Notes: generated by a model from the sequence alone, not told the origin. A stretch of 64,000 nt of DNA from an uncultured Clostridia bacterium (GCA_944372795.1 CALWAF010000003.1:5443-69442); one strand, 5' to 3'; positions 41,022 through 50,831 are shown, counted from the stretch's first letter. Translations and numbers: made by a program.

Positions 41022-42812
41022 ATGAAACTCAAAGACAGAAAGAACATCCCGCAGGAGTACAAGTGGAGGCTTGAAGACATCTTCCCCGACAACGAGGCGT
41101 GGGAGGAGTGCTTCTTCGCGCTCTCGGAGCGCATGGGGAAGATCGCGTCCTACAAGGGCAGGCTCGCGGACGAGGATGCGCTCTTCGAGTGTCTCACTCT
41201 CTCCACATCCCTCTCGCACGACCTTTCCAAACTTTATCAGTACGCGCGCATGCGCCGCGACGAGGACTCCCGCGCCTCCCTTTATCAGGGCATGACGGAC
41301 AGGGCGGATTCGCTTGCGGTCAAGCTCTCGTCGCTGTCGTCGTTCATCATGCCGGAGCTTGCCGCCATCGACACGGAAAGGCTCAAAGAGCTCTCCGCGA
41401 AGAAGAGATTTTCCGACTACTCGGTCACCCTCGGCGAGATAATCCGCAACAAGGAGATAATACTCTCCGAAAAGGAGGAAAGACTGCTGCGCGAGGCGGG
41501 CATCTTTGCCGACAACGCGGAGGAAGTTTTCTCTATGTTCGACAACGCGGACGTCAGGTTCGCACCCGTAAAAGACGACAAGGGCAGGGAAGTGGAGATG
41601 AGCCACGGCAACTACGCCCTGCTGCTGCAAAACCCCTCGCAGGAGGTGAGGAAAGCGGCGTTCGAGAGCATGTTCGAGGCATACCGCGACCACATCAACA
41701 CCCTCGCCGCCAACTATGCGGGCAACGTGAAGAAGGATTGGTTCTTTGCCAAGATCCGCGGGTTCAACACCTCGGTGGAGCGCAGCATGTTTGCCGAAAA
41801 CGTGCCGCCCACCTGCTACGCGAAGCTTCTCGAAGCGGTGGGGAAGGGCACGAAAGCCATGCACCGCTACATCGCTCTGCGCCGCCGTATGCTGGGGGTG
41901 AAAGAGCTGAATATGTACGACCTGCACGTCCCTCTCGTGGACGAGGCAAAACTCGCAATGCCGTACGAAAAGGCGGTTGAAACTGTCAAATCGGCACTTA
42001 AAGTTATGGGTAAGGAATATTCCGACATCCTCGCCTCCGCGTTCACGGACGGGTGGATCGACGTGTTCGAGAGCCGCGGCAAGCGCTCCGGAGCATACAG
42101 CTGGGGGTGCTACGGAGTGCACCCCTTCGTCCTGCTCAACTACACGGGCACATCCCACGACGTCTTCACCATAGCGCACGAGCTGGGGCACGCCATGCAT
42201 TCCTACTACTCCAACAAGAGCCAGCCCGAAGAGAAGGCGGGATATGAGATATTCGTCGCCGAGATCGCGTCCACCGTCAACGAGGTGCTCCTGCTCAAAC
42301 ATCTTCTGAAGAGCGCCACGGGCAAGACGCGCACCTATCTTTTGAGCTATTATCTGGATATGTTCCGCACCACGCTCTTCCGTCAGACCATGTTCGCGGA
42401 GTTCGAGGCGGAGGCGCACTCCCTCGCCGAAAAGGGAGAGCCCGTCACCGCCGAAGCGCTCTCGGATGCCTACTACGCCCTCAACAAGAAGTACTACGGC
42501 AGAGCGGTGAAGCACAACGAGCTCATCCGCTACGAGTGGGCGCGCATCCCGCATTTCTACACCTCGTTCTATGTCTACAAATACGCGACGGGGCTCACCG
42601 CCGCGGTGACCATCGCGGACAACATATTAAAACGCGGCGGGGAATATTTCGAGAAGTACCGCAGGTTCCTCTCTGCGGGCGGCAGCCTGCCTCCGCTCGA
42701 CATCCTGCGTCTTGCGGAGGTCGACCTCGAGACGGACGCGCCCTATCTTCGCGCGATGAAGGAGTTTTCCGACACGCTCGACGCGCTCTCGGACGCCGCG
42801 GGCGTGAAGTGA
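41022..42812 (+). CDS. pepF: Oligoendopeptidase F (M3B)
   Basis: IPQEYKWRLEDIF N-terminus, zinc motif HELGHAMH, 596 aa. Confidence 0.9.
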   Translation: MKLKDRKNIPQEYKWRLEDIFPDNEAWEECFFALSERMGKIASYKGRLADEDALFECLTLSTSLSHDLSKLYQYARMRRDEDSRASLYQGMTDRADSLAVKLSSLSSFIMPELAAIDTERLKELSAKKRFSDYSVTLGEIIRNKEIILSEKEERLLREAGIFADNAEEVFSMFDNADVRFAPVKDDKGREVEMSHGNYALLLQNPSQEVRKAAFESMFEAYRDHINTLAANYAGNVKKDWFFAKIRGFNTSVERSMFAENVPPTCYAKLLEAVGKGTKAMHRYIALRRRMLGVKELNMYDLHVPLVDEAKLAMPYEKAVETVKSALKVMGKEYSDILASAFTDGWIDVFESRGKRSGAYSWGCYGVHPFVLLNYTGTSHDVFTIAHELGHAMHSYYSNKSQPEEKAGYEIFVAEIASTVNEVLLLKHLLKSATGKTRTYLLSYYLDMFRTTLFRQTMFAEFEAEAHSLAEKGEPVTAEALSDAYYALNKKYYGRAVKHNELIRYEWARIPHFYTSFYVYKYATGLTAAVTIADNILKRGGEYFEKYRRFLSAGGSLPPLDILRLAEVDLETDAPYLRAMKEFSDTLDALSDAAGVK

Positions 42813-42819
42813 GTCTGCG

Positions 42820-43452
42820 ATGCGGAGAGAAGTGAGAGCGGATATGGCTGTGTGCCGCGCGGTTTGCGCGGCGCTCGTGCTGCTCTTGCTCGTTCTTTTC
42901 TTTTTGCCGTCGGGCGCGGAAGGCGTCGCCTCCGCCGAGGCGGGCACCCTCTATCTCTACGGCTGGACGGTGGATGAGGACGGCGTCGCAAGGGCGTTTT
43001 TCACGCCTGCGGAGCCCGCCGAGTATTACGCCGCGATCCCCGCGGACATTTCGAGTTACGTTTCCGCAGACGGCGAATTTTTCAGCGTATCGCACTACGA
43101 CGTCGGATTTTCCGCCCGTGAGGCGGCGGACGCGGCGCTCGCCAATGCGCCCGAAGACGTTGAGGTGACGGAAGATAACTTGAAAATCGTTTTCGTCTAT
43201 GCTACAATGAACGAAAGTATAAAATCCAACGGCGAGAGGACGGAGGAAAACGGGGTGTATGTGCACCTCGTCACCGCTTCTCCCGACGACGGAACGGTCG
43301 GCTTCGCGGCATCGCTGAAAGACGCGGAGTACGGCAAATGGTATGCGATGCTGTTCGGCATCACTGCCGCGGCGCTCGCGGCGGGTGCCGTAGGATATGC
43401 CGTCGCAAGGAGTCGAAAATGCCGGAGAAAGAAAACAGGATCTATCGAATGA
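42820..43452 (+). CDS. Hypothetical protein with signal peptide and C-terminal TM anchor
   Basis: N-terminal hydrophobic AALVLLLLVLFFLPSGAEG. C-terminal WYAMLFGITAAALAAGAVGYAVA followed by RSRKCRRKK. Overlaps the dnaB start by 34 nt. Confidence 0.5.
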   Translation: MRREVRADMAVCRAVCAALVLLLLVLFFLPSGAEGVASAEAGTLYLYGWTVDEDGVARAFFTPAEPAEYYAAIPADISSYVSADGEFFSVSHYDVGFSAREAADAALANAPEDVEVTEDNLKIVFVYATMNESIKSNGERTEENGVYVHLVTASPDDGTVGFAASLKDAEYGKWYAMLFGITAAALAAGAVGYAVARSRKCRRKKTGSIE

Positions 43453-45092
43453 TGCCCCACAATGCGGAGGCGGAGTCAGCCCTGCTCGGGTCCATCCTCA
43501 TCGACAACCGCACTGCGGATCAGCTCATCCCGACGCTGAAGGCGGATGACTTTTACGAGGTGGCGAACCGCATCGTCTTTTCCGCCATGCGCGCGCTCAT
43601 GGACGACTCTTCCGTGGTGGACACCGTGTCCGTCGCGGACAGGCTCATGCTGCTGGGCAAGCTGGACGAGGCGGGCGGCATAGATTATCTCACCTCCCTT
43701 GCGGAGAGCATCCCGTCCGCAGCGGGAGCGGAGCACTACGCCGACATCGTAAAGCGCGATTCTCTCATCCGCCGCGTCATTTCTGCGGGCAACAACATCG
43801 CGAAGAAAGGCTATGAGTCGGTGAGCGGCACCGACGCGCTGCTGAACGCCGAAAAGGAGATATATTCCATCTCGGAGGATCTCACCGAAAAGGATCTCAT
43901 GCACGCGAGCACCGCGCTCGGCGCGGCGATGAAGGAGATACAGGAAGTGCAGGCGGGCATCGTCAACAACGACGCGGTCTACACCGATTTCCCCTCCCTC
44001 GACAGGATGACGCACGGTCTGAAACCCGGCGAGCTCATCCTCGTCGCGGCAAGACCGTCGGTTGGCAAGACGGCGTTCGCGCTCAACATAGCGGCGAACG
44101 CGTGCCTGAAACACAACAAGACGGTGGCGATATTCTCCCTCGAGATGCCCGCGCAGCTTCTGGTCAAACGTATGTTGGCGCACGTCTCGGAGTGTTCGCT
44201 GTCCGCGATGGATTCCGTGGGCGGGCTCTCGGGACCCGGCACGGGCAAGCTGTACGAAGCCTATCGCAGGCTGATGAGCGCCAATCTTTACATCGACGAC
44301 TATTCCATGAACACCCCCGTGGACGTGCTCTCCAAGTGCCGCAGACTGAAGCGCGATCAGGGGCTCGACCTCATCATCATCGACTATCTCCAGCTCATGA
44401 CCGCGGGCGGCACGGGCAGGTCGAGCGAGAGCAGACAGGTGGAAGTCAGCGAAATGTCCAGAAGCATGAAGGTGTATGCCAAGGAACTCGGTGTGCCCGT
44501 CCTGCTCCTTTCGCAGATGTCGCGCGGAGTGGATCAGCGCACCGACCACGTCCCCAAGCTCAGCGACCTTCGCGAGTCGGGCGCGATAGAGCAGGATGCG
44601 GACGTCGTCATGTTCCTGCACAAGGAGAGCCAATACAATCCCGCCATCCCCGAGGATCTGGTCAAACTCATCATCAGGAAGAACAGGAACGGCCCCGTGG
44701 GCGACGTCGATCTGCAATGGAACGGCGAGACCACCACTTTCCGCGAGTGCGTGGGCAGCGACTACCGCGCAGAGCACAAGGAAGCTCCGCGTCCCGAATA
44801 TCACACCGCCGAGAACAAGGCGGAGGAAGGTGAGGACGAGGACTTCGCGGAAGACGTCACCGAGACGGACAACGGGCTCATGCCCTTCGGACAGGCGGCG
44901 GGAGCGGACGATGTGCCCTTCGACCTCGCGCCTTCCGACGATGCTTTCACCGAAGAGGAAGAGAAACTCGAGGACGAGGAATATGCGGAAGAGTATTCCT
45001 CCGAGCCGGTGCCCCCTCCCGAGGATGACGACGACGAGGAATACATCGACGACCTCGACGATGTGGAAGAGGAAGGAGACCTGCCGTTCTGA
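43419..45092 (+). CDS. dnaB: Replicative DNA helicase DnaB with a 115-aa acidic C-terminal extension
   Basis: AAGGAG RBS. PHNAEAESALLGSILIDN N-terminus. Walker A ARPSVGKTAFALN. IIDYLQLM, SQMSRGVDQR and RESGAIEQDADVVMFLH motifs. The tail spans 44745-45089. Confidence 0.92.
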   Translation: MPEKENRIYRMMPHNAEAESALLGSILIDNRTADQLIPTLKADDFYEVANRIVFSAMRALMDDSSVVDTVSVADRLMLLGKLDEAGGIDYLTSLAESIPSAAGAEHYADIVKRDSLIRRVISAGNNIAKKGYESVSGTDALLNAEKEIYSISEDLTEKDLMHASTALGAAMKEIQEVQAGIVNNDAVYTDFPSLDRMTHGLKPGELILVAARPSVGKTAFALNIAANACLKHNKTVAIFSLEMPAQLLVKRMLAHVSECSLSAMDSVGGLSGPGTGKLYEAYRRLMSANLYIDDYSMNTPVDVLSKCRRLKRDQGLDLIIIDYLQLMTAGGTGRSSESRQVEVSEMSRSMKVYAKELGVPVLLLSQMSRGVDQRTDHVPKLSDLRESGAIEQDADVVMFLHKESQYNPAIPEDLVKLIIRKNRNGPVGDVDLQWNGETTTFRECVGSDYRAEHKEAPRPEYHTAENKAEEGEDEDFAEDVTETDNGLMPFGQAAGADDVPFDLAPSDDAFTEEEEKLEDEEYAEEYSSEPVPPPEDDDDEEYIDDLDDVEEEGDLPF

Positions 45093-45131
45093 CAGGAGCC
45101 TTATGACAAATGCAGCATACGACACGGCGCA

Positions 45132-45160
45132 TCCGCGCCGTGTTTTTCTTTGTCACGCGC
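45132..45160 (+). terminator. Rho-independent terminator after dnaB
   Basis: ACACGGCGC-ATCC-GCGCCGTGT followed by TTTTTCTTT. Confidence 0.8.
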
Positions 45161-45286
45161 GGCGGAAAGAGCGGCTGCCGTCAGAGAAATATCCGCGCAA
45201 CAAGCATTTTACGCACATATTTTTGTTTGTTAAACCGTTGTTTTTGCGCTTTGTATAATCGTCCGCGCGGACGCATATCATGAGGT

Positions 45287-45538
45287 ATGTTCCTTGACGA
45301 TGTCATATCAAAACTGGGTGCGGACGCTGCCGCCGCCGCTTTTTCCGTGACGGTGCTGGGCAGATGCGGAGTCGCCGTCTCGGGGACGAAAGGGGTGGTG
45401 TTCTGTTCCGACGAAGAGGTGCGGCTGCGGTTGAGGTCGGGCGCCGTGTCGGTGCGCGGCGAGGAACTCGTCATCGCCGAGATGGGCGGGGGAGACGTGC
45501 TAATAAGAGGCAGGGTGAAAGAGGTGGAACTTGGTTGA
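45287..45538 (+). CDS. yqfC: Sporulation protein YqfC (YabP family)
   Basis: 83 aa. The F.SDEEVRLRLRSG..SVRGEELVI...L.RGRV..V pattern matches YqfC. Followed by yqfD-phoH as in Bacillus. Confidence 0.75.
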   Translation: MFLDDVISKLGADAAAAAFSVTVLGRCGVAVSGTKGVVFCSDEEVRLRLRSGAVSVRGEELVIAEMGGGDVLIRGRVKEVELG

Positions 45539-46715
45539 GGTGAGGGACGAGAGAGGACGCGCCCGCGATGGCAGGGGGAAGGGCGGACGGCGCAAATTTC
45601 CCGATGCCTCCCGCGTGCCTTTTTCCCGTACGGTGTTCGAGGTGGAGAGGCGGGGAGTCTCGCGGGTGCTTACGGAGTGCGCGCGCGTCACGAGAGTGAA
45701 GTGGGAGAAGGGCGGGGACGGTGAGCGGTTCTCCGTCCCTTCCCGCGACGCGGCAAAGGTTGTTGCAATCTGCGCATCCTTATGCTACAATTATAAAATA
45801 ATAAAAGAAAAGGGTGTCGTGCTCGCGTTTCTGCGCGCGTCCGTGCGTGCAGGTGTCGTGCTGGGGCTCGCGGCGGTCGTCGCGGCGTTCGCCCTCCGTC
45901 CCATGCTGGTGACGGGGGTGGAGTTTTCCGGTGACGATCTGCCCGCCGTCCGCGAGGCGGTTTCGGAAAGCGGCGTTAAGACATGGGCGTTCCTTCCCGC
46001 GTTCGACGCCGATGAGCTGGAGCGCACGCTGCTTTCCCTAGACGGAGTGGCATTTGCGAGCGTCACCAAGCGCGGCACGCGCGTGTACGTCGATGTGCGC
46101 GCGGAGAGGGACGGGGAACACTTCGTCGATGTGCCCACAGGCGAGGTCAAGGCGGCAAAAACGGCGAGCGTCACCCGCGTGGTGCTGCGTTCGGGCACTG
46201 CCGAGGTGAGTTGCGGCGACGTCGTACGCCCGGGAGACGTGCTCATCGGAGCGTATGTGCTCTCGGGAGAGGAAAGGGTGCCGTGTCCCGCCGACGGCGA
46301 AGTCTTCGGGCTGGTGGACAGGACTTTCACGAGGTTTTTCCCGGACACCGAGCTCGTGCGCGAAGAGGGCAGAGTGCACCGCGAGACAAGGCTCTCATTC
46401 GGAGGGGATATGCCCGCCGTGCCCGAGAGCCCGTTTGCGGAATACACCCTCGAGGTGGAAAGGAGCCGCAACACCTTCCTCATCGGCTATGACCTTTACA
46501 CTTTCACCTTCAGGGAAGTGCGGGTGAGCGAGAGGGAGAACACGCTGTCCGAGGACGAGATGGAACGCATCGCGGCGTCTTCGGCGCTCGAGAGCGTGGG
46601 AGCCTTGAGCGTGGTGCGGATGGACGTCGTCTCCGAAAGGACGGAGGGCGGCACTATGGTGCGGGTGAGCGTGCAGACGGAAGAAAGGATCGACAATGAA
46701 AATATCCAAGGATAA
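45531..46715 (+). CDS. yqfD: Sporulation protein YqfD
   Basis: TTG start overlapping yqfC. N-terminal F.V.RRGVSRVLTECAR, a single TM near residue 100, about 394 aa. Synteny supports the call. Confidence 0.75.
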   Translation: MVEVRDERGRARDGRGKGGRRKFPDASRVPFSRTVFEVERRGVSRVLTECARVTRVKWEKGGDGERFSVPSRDAAKVVAICASLCYNYKIIKEKGVVLAFLRASVRAGVVLGLAAVVAAFALRPMLVTGVEFSGDDLPAVREAVSESGVKTWAFLPAFDADELERTLLSLDGVAFASVTKRGTRVYVDVRAERDGEHFVDVPTGEVKAAKTASVTRVVLRSGTAEVSCGDVVRPGDVLIGAYVLSGEERVPCPADGEVFGLVDRTFTRFFPDTELVREEGRVHRETRLSFGGDMPAVPESPFAEYTLEVERSRNTFLIGYDLYTFTFREVRVSERENTLSEDEMERIAASSALESVGALSVVRMDVVSERTEGGTMVRVSVQTEERIDNENIQG

Positions 46716-47718
46716 AAAAGTGGAAGACTACGCGGCGTTCCAGCAGCTCTTCGGAGGGTTGGACACCAATGTCAGACTGCTGGAAGACGAGTTCGGAGTG
46801 ACCGTGTTCACGGGGGCGGAATCCCTGCGCATCACGGGCGAGAAAGGGGATGTGGAAAGCGCGGCGGATGCCATCGATGCGCTCATCGCCCTCTCCCGCA
46901 AGGAGCCTCTCGGTCCCCAGCAGATCGCGGCGGTGGTGGATATGGTGCGCAAGGGCAAGGCGCACGGCGTCAAGGACTTGATGTCCTCGGTGACGGTGGG
47001 CAGAGGCAAGACAGTCTATCCCAAGAGCATAGGGCAGAAGCTCTACTGCGACGCCATACGCGAAAATTCCGTGACGTTCGGCATCGGACCCGCGGGCACG
47101 GGCAAGACATATCTTGCCGTCGCGCTTGCAGTAGACGCGCTGAAAAACCGCGAAGTGGACAAGATCATCCTCACCCGTCCCGCAGTGGAAGCGGGGGAGA
47201 AACTGGGCTTTCTGCCCGGCGATCTTGCCGACAAAGTGGACCCTTACCTTCGTCCGCTCTACGACGCCCTCGAGGAACTGATGGGCGGCAGCGAGAGCTA
47301 TCTCAAGAACATCGAACGCGGGCTGGTGGAGATAGCGCCGCTCGCGTATATGAGAGGCAGGACTCTCAACCGCAGCTTCATCATCCTCGATGAGGCGCAG
47401 AATACGACCAAGGAGCAAATGAAGATGTTCCTCACCCGCCTAGGGGAGGGGAGCAAGATGGTGGTGACGGGCGACGTCACGCAGATAGACCTGCCGCACA
47501 GCGTGACCAGCGGGCTCGTCCACGCCGAGAGGGTGCTGGAAGGAGTGAAAGGCATCGCGGTCGTGAGGCTGGAGTACTGCGACGTGGTGCGTCACGAGCT
47601 GGTCAGCCGCATCATCCGCGCTTACGACAAGTTCGAGAAGGCGGAGGCGGCGAGGAAGGAAGCCGCGGGCGGACGTTCGGACGCGCCTGCGGACAAACTT
47701 ACGTCCGAAAAGGAATGA
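46696..47718 (+). CDS. phoH: PhoH family ATPase
   Basis: Walker A GPAGTGKTYLAVA, Walker B FIILDEAQN, and MVVTGDVTQIDLP. Confidence 0.92.
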   Translation: MKISKDKKVEDYAAFQQLFGGLDTNVRLLEDEFGVTVFTGAESLRITGEKGDVESAADAIDALIALSRKEPLGPQQIAAVVDMVRKGKAHGVKDLMSSVTVGRGKTVYPKSIGQKLYCDAIRENSVTFGIGPAGTGKTYLAVALAVDALKNREVDKIILTRPAVEAGEKLGFLPGDLADKVDPYLRPLYDALEELMGGSESYLKNIERGLVEIAPLAYMRGRTLNRSFIILDEAQNTTKEQMKMFLTRLGEGSKMVVTGDVTQIDLPHSVTSGLVHAERVLEGVKGIAVVRLEYCDVVRHELVSRIIRAYDKFEKAEAARKEAAGGRSDAPADKLTSEKE

Positions 47719-47719
47719 T

Positions 47720-49192
47720 ATGAAAAAAAAGACGGATTATCTGACCACGGCGGAAAAGACGAAAATCGCAAAACGCCGCAAGTTTGCGGTGGATTTTGCC
47801 AAGGTCTATCCCGGCTGCTTCATCGCGACGGGACTGCTCACGGTCTTTGCCATCTTCATGACGGGCGACTTCACGGCGGCGTTCACGTCGGAGCGCGCGG
47901 CGGCTACCGCAGGCGTCTTCGTGCTCAACGAAGTGCTGGTGGGCTTTATGATCGCATCCACGCACGCGGCGGCGGAAGACAGGCGCTTCCCCGTGCGCAA
48001 CATGCTGCTGTCCTTCGTCATGCTGGCGGTGGCGTATATGGCGTGTCTTACGACCAGCCGTTTCCTCAACATATTCGCGCTGCCGATGTGTCTTGTCGCC
48101 CTCGTGCTCACCGAGCTTTCGGGACGCAGGACTTCGTCTGTCACGTCGCTGGTGCTCGCCGCCATGCTGTGCGTGGTGTTCATACACGGCGAGCGCTATC
48201 CCGACACCATGCTGCCAGAGGTCATCCTCTCGGTGGTGGGCAACTTCACCGCGGCGCTTGCGGCGACGATGCTGGTGGACAAGCACCTCGCGCGTCTTCC
48301 CTTCGTGCTGGCGGCTCTCGGAGCCACCGCCCTCGGCATAGTCCCCGTGTTTGCGGGCACGCTGGTGATGGGGGACATCAGCCTCGCTCTGCTGTTCAAC
48401 GTGCTGTGGTCCTACGGCGCGTCGGTGGGCGCGGTGTTGGTGTTCATGCCCATAGTCGCGGTGCTGGAAGGAGTGTTCAACATCGCGGACGATTTCAGGC
48501 TCAACGAGCTCACCAACCTCAACCAACCGCTGCTCAAACGCCTCGCGAGCGAGGCTCCCGGCACGTTCAACCACTCCCTAGTGGTGGGCAACCTCTCCGA
48601 GGCGTGCGCGGGCGCGATAGGCGAAAACCCGCATATGGCGAGAGCGGCGGCGTATTATCACGACATCGGCAAACTGAAAGCCCCCATATATTTTTCGGAG
48701 AACCAGTCGGGCTATAACCCGCACGACGAGCTCATCCCCGAGGTCAGCGTGAGCATGATCACCTCGCATACGGTGTTCGGCGAGATCCTCGCCAAGCAAT
48801 ACCGTCTGCCTCCCGAGATCGTTGCCGTATGCAAGGAGCACCACGGCACCTCGCCCGTCGGCTACTTCTACCGCAAGGCGCTCAACCTCAAGGAGGAGGG
48901 GGATCTTTCGGTGAGCAACTACACTTATCCCGGTCCCAAGCCGCAGACGAAGATCGCCGCCATCGTCATGATCGCGGACACCGTGGAGGCGGCGTGCAGG
49001 GCGTATATGCCCGATTCGCAGGAAGGCTTCGAGGAGAGGGTGAACAAGCTGGTGGACGAGAAACTTCAGCTGGGTCAGTTCGACGAGTGTCCCATCACCA
49101 TGCACGACCTCAACGTCATCAAGACCACCATCATCGAGACCCTGCCGCAGGTGCAGCACGGCAGAGTTTCCTACGAGAAGAAGAAGGCATGA
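47720..49192 (+). CDS. 7TM-HD (HDIG) domain membrane phosphohydrolase, PgpH/YqfF-like, lacking the long extracellular N-terminal domain
   Basis: Seven TM segments, then FNHSLVVGNLSE...AAAYYHDIGK...HH HD-domain motifs. Confidence 0.85.
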   Translation: MKKKTDYLTTAEKTKIAKRRKFAVDFAKVYPGCFIATGLLTVFAIFMTGDFTAAFTSERAAATAGVFVLNEVLVGFMIASTHAAAEDRRFPVRNMLLSFVMLAVAYMACLTTSRFLNIFALPMCLVALVLTELSGRRTSSVTSLVLAAMLCVVFIHGERYPDTMLPEVILSVVGNFTAALAATMLVDKHLARLPFVLAALGATALGIVPVFAGTLVMGDISLALLFNVLWSYGASVGAVLVFMPIVAVLEGVFNIADDFRLNELTNLNQPLLKRLASEAPGTFNHSLVVGNLSEACAGAIGENPHMARAAAYYHDIGKLKAPIYFSENQSGYNPHDELIPEVSVSMITSHTVFGEILAKQYRLPPEIVAVCKEHHGTSPVGYFYRKALNLKEEGDLSVSNYTYPGPKPQTKIAAIVMIADTVEAACRAYMPDSQEGFEERVNKLVDEKLQLGQFDECPITMHDLNVIKTTIIETLPQVQHGRVSYEKKKA

Positions 49193-49656
49193 TCGAATTC
49201 ACAGGTGCAAAATTCGCAGAAAGACGCCTGATCCGCCGCGTGGAAAAGGCGGTGTACGCAGTCCTCATGCAGCAGGACATCTTCAGCGTGGACCTCGCTG
49301 TCACCGACGGCGAGACGGTGAGGCAGTTCAACCGCGAGACGAGGGGAGTGGACTCCGAGACGGACGTCCTCTCCTTCCCCTATTTCGAAGGGCTGAAACT
49401 CCCCGTCACCACGGCGGACTTCTCCGACGAGGCGTTCGACGGCAGACGGGTGGCGCTGGGCAGCATAATGATATCCTCTCCGCGCGCGCACTTGCAGGCG
49501 GAAGAGTACGGTCATTCCTACGAGAGAGAACTGGGCTTCCTCGCCTGTCACGGGCTGCTGCATCTGCTCGGCTTCGACCACATAAAAGAAGAGGACGAGC
49601 GGGTCATGCGCGCCGTCACGGACAAGGTCATGGAAAGGGTGGAGCTCACCAGATAA
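49189..49656 (+). CDS. ybeY: rRNA maturation endoribonuclease YbeY
   Basis: TDVLSFPY and zinc motif HGLLHLLGFDH. ATGA overlap with the upstream gene. Confidence 0.92.
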   Translation: MIEFTGAKFAERRLIRRVEKAVYAVLMQQDIFSVDLAVTDGETVRQFNRETRGVDSETDVLSFPYFEGLKLPVTTADFSDEAFDGRRVALGSIMISSPRAHLQAEEYGHSYERELGFLACHGLLHLLGFDHIKEEDERVMRAVTDKVMERVELTR

Positions 49657-49680
49657 ACGCACGGGAGAAATTTTTCGGAT

Positions 49681-50577
49681 ATGAGATCGGGTTTTATATG
49701 CATAGCCGGCATGCCCAACGCGGGCAAGTCCACGCTCATCAACGCACTGGTGGGCGAGAAGGTCGCCATCGTTTCGTGGCGCCCGCAGACCACGCGCAAT
49801 AAGATACTCGGCGTCGTCAACACCGACGGCGCGCAGGTGGTGCTCATCGACACCCCCGGCATACATCAGGCGAAAAACAAGCTGGGCAAATATATGATGC
49901 AGTCGGTGGCGAGCGGGCTCAAAGACGTGGACGGCGTGATATACGTGCTGGACGCGGCGAAGGGCGTGCGGGAGGAAGACGACGCTTTTCTTTCCGAGAG
50001 GGCGGAGAGTTTCCCCGTCATCGTGGCGCTCAACAAACAGGACGCCGTGACGCAGGAGACCCTCTTCAAGGCGCTGGACAAATTGAACGGATATAAGGCG
50101 GTGCGTGCGATCGTGCCCGTTTCGGCGAAGAAAGGGGAGAACCTCGACGTCCTGCTTTCGGAGGCGGAAAAGCTCCTTCCCGAAGGGGAGAAGATGTATC
50201 CCGACGACATGTACACCGACAGGACCATGCGATTCATGGCGGCGGAGATCATCCGCGAGAAAGCGCTGTATCTGCTTGACAAGGAAGTGCCCTACGGCAT
50301 CGGTGTGAACATAAACAAGTTCGAGCTGCGCGAGGATAAGCCCATCTACGACATCGACGCCGACGTGGTGTGCGAGAAGCAGTCGCACAAAGCCATCGTC
50401 ATCGGAAAGGGCGGGGAGATGCTGAAGAAGATATCCACCGCGGCAAGGCAGGATCTTGAGGAGCTCACTGGGTGCAAAGTCTTCCTCACCCTCTACGTCC
50501 GCGTCAAGGCGGAGTGGCGGGACAGCGACTATCTCATGCGTGAGCTGGGATATGACGTGAAGGATCTTAAAGACTGA
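49681..50577 (+). CDS. era: GTPase Era
   Basis: G1 GMPNAGKST, G3 DTPG, G4 NKQD, and C-terminal KH domain VIGKGGEMLKKI. Confidence 0.96.
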   Translation: MRSGFICIAGMPNAGKSTLINALVGEKVAIVSWRPQTTRNKILGVVNTDGAQVVLIDTPGIHQAKNKLGKYMMQSVASGLKDVDGVIYVLDAAKGVREEDDAFLSERAESFPVIVALNKQDAVTQETLFKALDKLNGYKAVRAIVPVSAKKGENLDVLLSEAEKLLPEGEKMYPDDMYTDRTMRFMAAEIIREKALYLLDKEVPYGIGVNINKFELREDKPIYDIDADVVCEKQSHKAIVIGKGGEMLKKISTAARQDLEELTGCKVFLTLYVRVKAEWRDSDYLMRELGYDVKDLKD

Positions 50578-50693
50578 AACGCGGGTTTTTGCCGCAAAAA
50601 CGCGGCAATTAACGTCGTTTTCGGTCGGATGCGTTCAATATGCGCGGATGCGCGGGCGGGTATGAAAACGCGTTCCGTGCACAAACTGTCGCC

Positions 50694-50831
50694 ATGATCA
50701 CGAAAAGAGAATGGTGGCAAATGTTCGCGAAAAGCGGACGGATAGAATTCTACAACGCCTATAAGGCGCTGGGAGAAGGCAAGGATGGACAAGAAGGTCA
50801 AGGCGATCGTGACGAGGGCGGTGCCGTATAG
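50694..50831 (+). CDS. Candidate YqzL-like small protein (45 aa)
   Basis: MITKREWWQMFAKSGRIEFYNAYKAL resembles the W..F..TG.I..Y core of YqzL, which lies between era and recO in Bacillus. Overlaps recO by 47 nt. No clear RBS. Confidence 0.4.
   Translation: MITKREWWQMFAKSGRIEFYNAYKALGEGKDGQEGQGDRDEGGAV

Noticed and set aside
44596-45258. 220-aa alternative-frame ORF through the dnaB tail region, raising the possibility that the acidic tail is a frameshift artefact
   Set aside because: The alternative frame encodes Arg/Thr/Ser-rich low-complexity sequence. The dnaB frame runs uninterrupted from the conserved helicase core to a stop followed 40 nt later by a strong terminator. The frameshift question can only be closed with read-level data.
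45181-45286. Search for a sigma-E/sigma-K type sporulation promoter upstream of yqfC
   Set aside because: Only a TATAAT-like element with a poor -35 was found. There is no convincing match to the ATATT / CATACA-T sigma-E pattern at the correct spacing.
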